Below are positions 7,355-13,294 of a DNA stretch of 13,294 nt, in pieces (the stretch's first letter is position 1; every line of letters begins with the position of its first letter). The notes under the pieces are model-generated. The model worked only from the letters and a program-made list of their open reading frames with translations, did no database searches and had not been told where the DNA came from. The translations under genes were made by a program, and so were the position numbers. The stretch is from an uncultured bacterium (GTDB taxonomy: Bacteria > Abyssobacteria > SURF-5). The stretch covers positions 9,533 to 22,826 of the forward strand of contig CAZEBC010000050.1 in NCBI GenBank assembly GCA_964510165.1. Reading direction: 5' to 3'.

Positions 7355-8806
7355 TTAATACTCCCGCCGATACTTGGAGGAGAGGATGCCGAGTTCTTCG
7401 CGATACTTGGCGGCGGTGCGGCGGGCGATGTTGAGTCCGCGACGGTTGAGCAGTTCGGTAATCTTCTGGTCGCTCAGGGGCTTGCGCCGGTTCTCGTTCT
7501 CTATCAGGGTGCGGATCATTTCCTTGACGCTCGTAGAAGAGGTCGCCTCACCGGTCGCACTCTCGATGCTCGACGAGAAGAAATATTTCAATTCGAAGAT
7601 GCCGCGAGGACTTTCCATGTATTTGTTGGTGGTCACGCGGCTCACAGTCGATTCATGCATTCCGATTCGCTCGGCGATTTCCTTCAGCGTCAAGGGCTTC
7701 AGATAGTTGACCCCCTTATCGAAAAACTCCCTCTGCACCTGCACGATGTTTTCGGCCACTTTGCGGATCGTTTCTTTGCGCTGCTGAATGTTCTTCACCA
7801 GCCACTGCGCGGCGCGGAGTTTGTCGCGGATGTATTCCTTGGTCTGCTGGCTGTTGTTGTAGCCTTTGAGGAGTTTGCGGTAGAACGAACTGATGCGCAA
7901 CTTCGGCATGCCGTCATCATTCACATACACGACGTAGTCGTCGTCCACCTTCTTGACGATGACGTCCGGCACGACATAAATGACCTCGCGCCCGCCGAAA
8001 TAGCGGCCGGGCAACGGCTCGAGCGAGGCGATGATGGCGGCCAGATCCTGCACTTCCTGAACCGATATTTTGAGCGCCTGAGCTATCTTGGGGTATTGTT
8101 TCTTGGCGAGTTGTTCGAGATGGTCCTCGACTATCTTCTTAAGAAGCGGCTTGTCTGAATGCGCCGTTTCGATCTGTATGAGCAGGCATTCGCGAAGGTC
8201 GCGAGCGCCAATACCGGTCGGGGTGAACGTCTGGATTATCTTAAGGACACGCTCAATATCTTCGGGCGCGACGCCGAGCTTTTCGGCGCCAGCCTCGACC
8301 GTCGAGGCAAAGTAGCCGCGGTCATCTATTTCGCTGATGATCCATTCACCGATCTTGTGATCCACGGGATTATCGACGCTCAGCGAGAGCTGCGTCGTGA
8401 GGTTCTTGCTCATCGAATCGGCTTCGGCGGCCGTATTCTCGATGAATCCGCGCTTGCCATCCTCATCTGATACGCTGAAATCGCGGCCTTCGTAGTAGTA
8501 ATCGCCTTGCGAGGCCATCAGCGTCTCGAGTTCTTTTTCGATGTCGCGTTCGTTTTCCTTTGCCCGGGGCTCGTCGTCCTGCGGGGGCGCCTCGGTGACC
8601 ATGGCCTGTCCGCCCGCATACGGCAGTTCCAGTTCCTGACTCTGGGCGGGTTCTTCTTCCAGAAGGACATTCTCGGTGAGCTGTTGCTCGATATATTTCT
8701 CGAGCTCAAGAGTGGAAAGCTGCAATATCTCTATCGCTTGCTGCATCTTGGGGGTCAGTATCATCTGCTGTACTGCCCCTTGGATAAGCGTCTGCTGAAG
8801 CGCCAT
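7355..8806 (-). CDS. rpoN: RNA polymerase sigma-54 factor
   Basis: Q/L-rich region I (LTPKMQQAIEILQLSTLEL), GIGARDLRECLLIQ, LKPLTLKEIAERIGMHESTVSR, FELKYFF, PLSDQKI, and RpoN box ARRTAAKYRE. AGAGG lies 9 nt upstream of the ATG. Confidence 0.98.
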   Translation of the reverse strand: MALQQTLIQGAVQQMILTPKMQQAIEILQLSTLELEKYIEQQLTENVLLEEEPAQSQELELPYAGGQAMVTEAPPQDDEPRAKENERDIEKELETLMASQGDYYYEGRDFSVSDEDGKRGFIENTAAEADSMSKNLTTQLSLSVDNPVDHKIGEWIISEIDDRGYFASTVEAGAEKLGVAPEDIERVLKIIQTFTPTGIGARDLRECLLIQIETAHSDKPLLKKIVEDHLEQLAKKQYPKIAQALKISVQEVQDLAAIIASLEPLPGRYFGGREVIYVVPDVIVKKVDDDYVVYVNDDGMPKLRISSFYRKLLKGYNNSQQTKEYIRDKLRAAQWLVKNIQQRKETIRKVAENIVQVQREFFDKGVNYLKPLTLKEIAERIGMHESTVSRVTTNKYMESPRGIFELKYFFSSSIESATGEATSSTSVKEMIRTLIENENRRKPLSDQKITELLNRRGLNIARRTAAKYREELGILSSKYRREY

Positions 8807-8852
8807 GTCTATCTGCCTCTAAACCTCCATAAGGCCCGTCTTCGCTATCTAG

Positions 8853-8881
8853 ATTTTACCTTACTTCGGCGTTTTTGTCAA
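8853..8881 (-). promoter_or_regulatory. Predicted sigma-70 promoter for rpoN
   Basis: Minus strand TTGACA (8881-8876), 17-bp spacer, TAAAAT (8858-8853); the -10 ends 46 nt upstream of the rpoN ATG. Confidence 0.75.
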
Positions 8882-8911
8882 TTGACAATGCTCTTGTTTC
8901 GTTGATATACT
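8882..8911 (+). promoter_or_regulatory. Predicted sigma-70 promoter for the yycJ-like gene and downstream genes
   Basis: TTGACA (8882-8887), 18-bp spacer, TATACT (8906-8911), with extended -10 TG at 8903-8904. Confidence 0.7.
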
Positions 8912-8973
8912 ACGCCCAAGTTTCACTTATTATCCTGGTTCACAACGGGATTCGACGCCTTCTCGACGTTTGT

Positions 8974-9006
8974 CCCTCTCCCTCTGGGAGAGGGCAGGGT
9001 GAGGGG
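8974..9006 (+). repeat. REP-like extragenic palindromic element (CCCTCTCCC-TCT-GGGAGAGGG-CAGGGTGAGGGG)
   Basis: Perfect 9-bp stem with a 3-nt loop (8974-8994) plus a GGGTGAGGGG tail. It resembles a type of interspersed repeat seen in many bacteria. There is only one copy in this window, so genome-wide repetition is inferred. Confidence 0.6.
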
Positions 9007-9060
9007 CTTTGGCAGCGGCTCTGCCGCACTGCGATCAGAGGCTTTCTAACCGGAGTCTCG

Positions 9061-9849
9061 ATGAGGAAAAGTCACTCCGTCTCCGTTCAAGTGCTTGCCA
9101 GCGGCAGCAGCGGCAACTGCATCCTGCTCAGGTCGGGCGGCTCGAATCTGCTGATTGACGCCGGGCTGAGCGGCCGCGAGTTGGCGCGAAGGCTTGAGTA
9201 CGCCGGGCTTGCTCCCGATGATATTTCTGCGGTCATGGTAACGCACGAGCATCAAGACCACGTTCGCGGTGTGGGGGTATTGTCGCGCAAGCACGGCGTT
9301 CCCATTTACATAAACAAGGGAACACTGCGGGCCTTGGACCTTGGCAAGCTTCCTACCGCTCGTATTTTTGAGACTGGTGAAACACTGCATTTCGACGACC
9401 TCACCATCTATACGTATCCGGTGCCCCACGACGCCGCCGACCCGGTCGGGCTGAGGTTCGAGAACTCGGCGTGGCGCATCGGGGTTGCACTCGACATGGG
9501 ATATCCGACCCGACTGGTCAAGCAACGGCTCACCCACGCCGACCTGCTGATCCTTGAATTTAACCACGATGTGGACATGCTCAGGCGGTGCAGCCGTCCG
9601 TGGGAATTGAAGCAGCGGATACTCAGCAAGCGCGGGCACATGTCGAATGAGGCCGCGCTTGCGCTCCTCTGTGAACTAATGCACGAAAGGCTGCAGGCCG
9701 TCGTGCTGGCCCACATAAGTCGCGAGGCCAATGACTTCGGCTTCGTGCAGGGGCTGGTGTTGGAACGCCTGGCCTCGCTTGGCCGGACCGACGTGCGCAT
9801 ATACGCCGGCGACCAGGATGAAGTAGGCCAGCAGATAGTGCTGCACTGA
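9061..9849 (+). CDS. yycJ: Metallo-beta-lactamase-fold hydrolase, YycJ/WalJ-like (probable nuclease)
   Basis: LASGSSGNC, LLIDAGLS, THEHQDH (HxHxDH), VPHDAADP, LEFNHD, GHMSN, LAHISREAN. Start set at ATG 9061 (GGAG at 9052-9055) because the track's 8875 extension runs through the promoter and the REP-like element. Confidence 0.88.
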   Translation: MRKSHSVSVQVLASGSSGNCILLRSGGSNLLIDAGLSGRELARRLEYAGLAPDDISAVMVTHEHQDHVRGVGVLSRKHGVPIYINKGTLRALDLGKLPTARIFETGETLHFDDLTIYTYPVPHDAADPVGLRFENSAWRIGVALDMGYPTRLVKQRLTHADLLILEFNHDVDMLRRCSRPWELKQRILSKRGHMSNEAALALLCELMHERLQAVVLAHISREANDFGFVQGLVLERLASLGRTDVRIYAGDQDEVGQQIVLH

Positions 9850-9877
9850 ATCCTGTCCATTTGTTCAGCGCGTGACT

Positions 9878-10318
9878 ATGCAGGCTTCAATCCAAATCAG
9901 GGTCGCAATGCCGCAAGACTATAAAGAGTGCGTGGACCTGCACCGCCTTGTCGTCCGGACCGACCGCGGCGAGTTCCTGGAAGAACGAATTCAAGCTGGC
10001 AGAATGTACGTGGCCGTCATGCGGGGCCGCGTTGTTGGGTTTGCGACATTCGAGACCAATTTCATCGGTTGCCTGTATGTTTCGCTGCTGATGACGCATC
10101 CCGATTTCCGAAGAAAAGGGATTGCTCGACGCCTTATGGACGCGGTCGCGAAGCACTCGAAGGACGGCAGAATATTCAGTTCGACCGAAGCGGACAACGC
10201 GGTCTCCATACAAATGCATGAGGCGCTCGGGTTCCGCCGGAGCGGCCACATCGATAATCAGCCCCAAGTCCAGAGAGAGATCATATTCTGCAAGGCACTG
10301 CCGCCGGACGGGGCGTGA
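9878..10318 (+). CDS. GNAT-family N-acetyltransferase
   Basis: Acetyl-CoA motif A LMTHPDFRRKGIARRLM and C-terminal NAVSIQMHEALGF. Start is ATG 9878 or GTG 9872. Confidence 0.88.
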   Translation: MQASIQIRVAMPQDYKECVDLHRLVVRTDRGEFLEERIQAGRMYVAVMRGRVVGFATFETNFIGCLYVSLLMTHPDFRRKGIARRLMDAVAKHSKDGRIFSSTEADNAVSIQMHEALGFRRSGHIDNQPQVQREIIFCKALPPDGA

Positions 10319-10332
10319 TTAAGGAGTCGGCA

Positions 10333-11610
10333 ATGGATACCGGCATCGAGTTGCCATTCTCTCTCATCTGCTCGTTTGCCAGGCTCGAAGGGATTCCCCT
10401 GAAATTCTGCGGTCCGGACGGGCAGCCGCTGGCCGGTGCGCCGGTCATCGCACAGACGGGGCCGTGCGCCGCGCTGATGCGCGAGGGCGCGTATCTCAAG
10501 GAGTGTGCGCTCAACCACGCCGCCGCCATCGAGATGGCCCGCGAGCTGAGGAGGCCGTTCATCTTCCATTGTCACGTCAGGCTCGCGGGGTGGGCGGTAC
10601 CCATTGTTCGCAGCGGCGAGGCGCTGCCCTGCGTGGTCGTCTGTGGAGGCGCGCTTTTCACCCGGCCCGATAGCGCGCTCGTACAGCACGTCGAGCGCAT
10701 CGCGCCCGGGCTTGGCCTCGGTCCGGACGAGTTGGCTCACTCGCTTGAGGCGGCGCCGTTGCTCACTCGCGACGGGTTTCGAGCGGCGGCCCAGTTCATT
10801 TTCGAGATGGCGAACGCCTTTGTTGCGCTCGCGTCTGAACTTTCTCGTGAACCGCAAGCGCCCACTGTCGCCGCGTCCTTTCCGTCGTCGGCGCCAGTTG
10901 TATTCCCTCCCGCGCGCAGGAAGGAGACCGAAAAGGCGAAACGACGTCGCGCCGATGAACTGACCCTCCGGAGCGCGGAAAACGAGACGGTCCGGCTGCT
11001 CCGCGAGCGCAAGCCGGATGATGCTCTACACGCGCTTCTGAGCGCGGTAACTGGAGATGCCGGAGGGACAGCTCGCTCGGCTTTGAGTGTTACCGAGACG
11101 TTCGCGCGGCTGATGCAGGCACTGTCTGCGGGCGCAAAGGTCTCAGCGGGCATTCACGAGAGGCATTCGCATCTGATCGAAGAAGTGCTTGCGCAACGCA
11201 GACTCAGCTCCGAAGAGGTCGCCCGGGCATGTCGCCAGTTCATCTCGATAGCTGAGGAGGCGGTGTCCGAGCCGCGTCCCAGACAGGTCAAGGCCATCCA
11301 GAAATACGTTGAAAAGAACATCTCGAAGAAGATGACGCTCGAGACGGTCGGCGCGAAGTTCGGACTCAAGGAAAAATCGCTCAATGCCCTTATACTCAAG
11401 CACTGCGGGATGAGCTTCACCGATTACGTCGCGTCACTTCGAGTCGCCGAGGCCAGAAGACTGCTGCAATCCACCAGCCTCAACATCGGCCGCATCGCCC
11501 GCCGGACCGGTTTCAAAGACCAGAGTTACCTGACGAAGGTGTTCAAGGCTCACCTTGGCGTTACGCCCTCTGAGTTCAGGGAAAAGGAAGAAAAGGGAGA
11601 CACGGAATGA
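10333..11610 (+). CDS. AraC-family transcriptional regulator with N-terminal PocR-like ligand-binding domain
   Basis: N-terminal GPCAALM..ECALNH..FIFHCHVRLAGWAVPIV..CGG (PocR-like Cys pattern). C-terminal AraC HTH pair GMSFTDYVASLRVAEARRLL..IARRTGFKDQSYLTKVFKAHLGVTPSEFR. ATG 10333 has AAGGAG at 10321-10326; alternative start GTG 10315. Confidence 0.88.
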   Translation: MDTGIELPFSLICSFARLEGIPLKFCGPDGQPLAGAPVIAQTGPCAALMREGAYLKECALNHAAAIEMARELRRPFIFHCHVRLAGWAVPIVRSGEALPCVVVCGGALFTRPDSALVQHVERIAPGLGLGPDELAHSLEAAPLLTRDGFRAAAQFIFEMANAFVALASELSREPQAPTVAASFPSSAPVVFPPARRKETEKAKRRRADELTLRSAENETVRLLRERKPDDALHALLSAVTGDAGGTARSALSVTETFARLMQALSAGAKVSAGIHERHSHLIEEVLAQRRLSSEEVARACRQFISIAEEAVSEPRPRQVKAIQKYVEKNISKKMTLETVGAKFGLKEKSLNALILKHCGMSFTDYVASLRVAEARRLLQSTSLNIGRIARRTGFKDQSYLTKVFKAHLGVTPSEFREKEEKGDTE

Positions 11611-11960
11611 TCAAGGTCATCTATTGTCTGCGACGCAGGCCGGAACTCTCTCGCGAGCAGTTCCAGAAATACTGGCTGGAGACCCACGCCGACTTCGGAA
11701 AGAACATACCTGGAGTCAAGCGGTATGTGCAGGCGCATACCCTGAGCGGCGAGCTTGCCGAGATGCTTGCCGCCGGTCATCCGGCCGGCAAGAACGAGCC
11801 GTTCGACGGTGTTGCCGAACTGTGGTTCGACGAGGAAGGCCTGCGACAGTTGCCGGGTCAACCCGGCGCACTCGCCGCGGTCCAGGACGAAGCCAACTTC
11901 ATCGACTTCGACCGCTCCATCATCTTCCTGGCTAAAGAGCATATAGTAACCGGGCAGTGA
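11607..11960 (+). CDS. EthD-family protein (dimeric alpha-beta barrel)
   Basis: MIKVIYCLRRRPELSREQFQKYWLETH, PGVKRYVQAH, FDGVAELWFD, QDEANFID. GGGAG at 11595-11599; ATGA overlap with the regulator. Confidence 0.9.
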   Translation: MIKVIYCLRRRPELSREQFQKYWLETHADFGKNIPGVKRYVQAHTLSGELAEMLAAGHPAGKNEPFDGVAELWFDEEGLRQLPGQPGALAAVQDEANFIDFDRSIIFLAKEHIVTGQ

Positions 11961-12018
11961 TAGAGCATCTGGTCAAGTCTTTGTCATGTGAGATGTGACG
12001 GTATTGGAGGAATATGAA

Positions 12019-12996
12019 ATGAGTAAGAAACGGAAAAAGAGTCATCGCTCAAAGCAGTCGAGCGGATCCCACACGGGAGAATCCTTACAAATGCCCGACC
12101 GGCGCTTCTTGGAGAAATCTCTCGTAGATGTGCGTCGCGCTCTTGAAGATCGTGAATTCGAGTCGGACGAAGAGATGGACGCCCATCTCCAGGAAATGCT
12201 GAAGTCGGGCATCCCCGCGCCCGCGCGCGAACTTACCCCGCTTGAAAAAGCGCAAGACCTGATGTATGAGGCATGGGATTCAAAGGGGAAACGCAGAGTG
12301 CAGCTTGCACAGGAAGCGCTTCGGATTTGCCCAGACTGCGCAGATGCGTACGTTTTACTCGCTGAGGACACGGCGACAAGCGCCGAGGAAGCAAAGGACC
12401 TCTATGCGATGGGCGTTGAGGCCGGTGAACGAGCGCTCGGGCCGGAATTCTTCAAAGAGGAAGCCGGCAATTTCTGGTATTTGGTTGAAACCCGGCCATA
12501 CATGCGGGCCCGGGCGGGGCTCGCAGGGGTTCTGGGATATCTAGGCGAGACTGAAGCCGCTCTGGGGCATTGCATGGAGTTGCTTCGTCTGAATCCCAAC
12601 GATAACCAGGCACTCCGCTACCTGGCGGCGCAATATCTCTTTGTTCTGAAGAGGTACAAAGAACTGAAGAAGCTTCTGAAGGAATACGATGAGAAATCAA
12701 CCTTCTGGTGTTACAGTCAGGCGCTGCTCGAATATCTCACCGGCGGAGATACCAGAAAGGCGCGAAAGGCGCTGATCGAAGCAGTCGAGATGAATCCCTT
12801 CGTGGCCGCTTTCATGCTTGGAATGCGGGAACCGCCGTCCGAATTACCCGATTATTGTTCGCCCGGTGACGTGAGCGAAGCCGTCCTCTATATGGATCAG
12901 TTTGCAGAACTCTGGCAGTCTTCACCAGAAACGCATGTATGGTTCATATTCACAATCGCAAAAACCTATGTAAACGACTTGACCGACGGAGAGTGA
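12019..12996 (+). CDS. TPR-like alpha-helical protein with ST7-like segment
   Basis: AQDLMYEAWD..RRVQLAQEALRICPDCADAYVLLAE, ETRPYMRAR, LLRLNPNDNQALRY. Start set at ATG 12019 (GGAGG at 12006-12010) rather than GTG 11995. Confidence 0.75.
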   Translation: MSKKRKKSHRSKQSSGSHTGESLQMPDRRFLEKSLVDVRRALEDREFESDEEMDAHLQEMLKSGIPAPARELTPLEKAQDLMYEAWDSKGKRRVQLAQEALRICPDCADAYVLLAEDTATSAEEAKDLYAMGVEAGERALGPEFFKEEAGNFWYLVETRPYMRARAGLAGVLGYLGETEAALGHCMELLRLNPNDNQALRYLAAQYLFVLKRYKELKKLLKEYDEKSTFWCYSQALLEYLTGGDTRKARKALIEAVEMNPFVAAFMLGMREPPSELPDYCSPGDVSEAVLYMDQFAELWQSSPETHVWFIFTIAKTYVNDLTDGE

Positions 12997-13032
12997 AGCA
13001 GTTTCCATACAAGCGCCGCACTTGGAGCGGTT

Positions 13033-13293
13033 CTAAGCTCCGTGTCGCCACGAGTCTATGTCGTCGAACGGGAATATGGGCCGCGGAAGATTCTTGAATT
13101 TGAGGTTGAAGACGTCGAAGTCGGTAGTCCCCGGGGTCAGCACAAACACCGTCTTGCGGTTGTAGAGAAGACAATACCAGCGGAAAGGATAGATGCTCTT
13201 CACCACGATGATATCGGCCTTCCAGAGGTTCAACCCCAACTCCTGCCAGAATTCGGGCTTCCATGCCGTCTCCGCAACCTCCATGATGGCCAG
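13033..13293 (-). CDS. C-terminal part of an MlrC / M81-family metallopeptidase (5' truncated by window edge)
   Basis: The frame stays open to the window end. FWQELGLNLWKADIIVVKS..FR..VLTPG..LKFKNLPRPIFPFD resembles the MlrC C-terminal domain pattern. Confidence 0.75.
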   Translation of the reverse strand: MAIMEVAETAWKPEFWQELGLNLWKADIIVVKSIYPFRWYCLLYNRKTVFVLTPGTTDFDVFNLKFKNLPRPIFPFDDIDSWRHGA

Positions 13294-13294
13294 G

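Noticed and set aside
8807..8830. In-frame upstream ATG-GAG-GTT-TAG (M-E-V-stop) 24 nt before the rpoN start; considered as a uORF or amber read-through
   Set aside because: There is no RBS ahead of it, rpoN region I is complete from ATG 8806, and nothing supports recoding.
7374..8905. Several + strand ORFs (75-167 aa) opposite rpoN, and other short alternative-frame ORFs across the window
   Set aside because: They lie wholly or largely over well-supported genes and show no recognisable motifs.
8875..9060. 62-codon N-terminal extension of the MBL hydrolase in the ORF track
   Set aside because: It starts inside the -35 palindrome, upstream of the predicted TSS, and translates the REP-like element (CPSPSGRGQGEG). 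The family-like sequence begins after ATG 9061, which has an RBS.
11961..12018. Possible promoter or operator upstream of the ST7-like gene (TTGTCA; GTCA-N9-TGAC)
   Set aside because: No -10 at suitable spacing from TTGTCA, and the 4-bp inverted repeat is within chance expectation.
12997..13032. Possible terminator CCGC-ACTTGGA-GCGG between the convergent ST7-like and MlrC-like genes
   Set aside because: Only a 4-bp stem and no convincing U-tract.

Overview
GC-rich bacterial chromosomal window with no rRNA, tRNA, CRISPR array or transposase visible. Left half (1-7325, +): the distal part of a translationally coupled operon. It runs partial membrane protein, DUF4129-type membrane protein, DUF4350-type protein, MoxR AAA+ ATPase, DUF58 (vWA-like), SpoIIM-like (DUF95) membrane protein, RDD protein. 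This is a widely conserved but functionally uncharacterised membrane-associated MoxR-vWA module. Middle: a stand-alone rpoN (sigma-54, -) converges on that operon and diverges from a YycJ/WalJ-like metallo-beta-lactamase-fold hydrolase. The 254-bp intergenic region holds two near-consensus sigma-70 promoters whose -35 boxes form one perfect 14-bp palindrome, a REP-like hairpin overlapping a four-G-tract motif, and a possible -24/-12 element. Right: GNAT acetyltransferase, PocR-sensor/AraC regulator, EthD-family protein, an ST7-like TPR protein, and the 3' end of a convergent MlrC (M81)-family gene. Family assignments come from motif recognition by eye, not from database searches.
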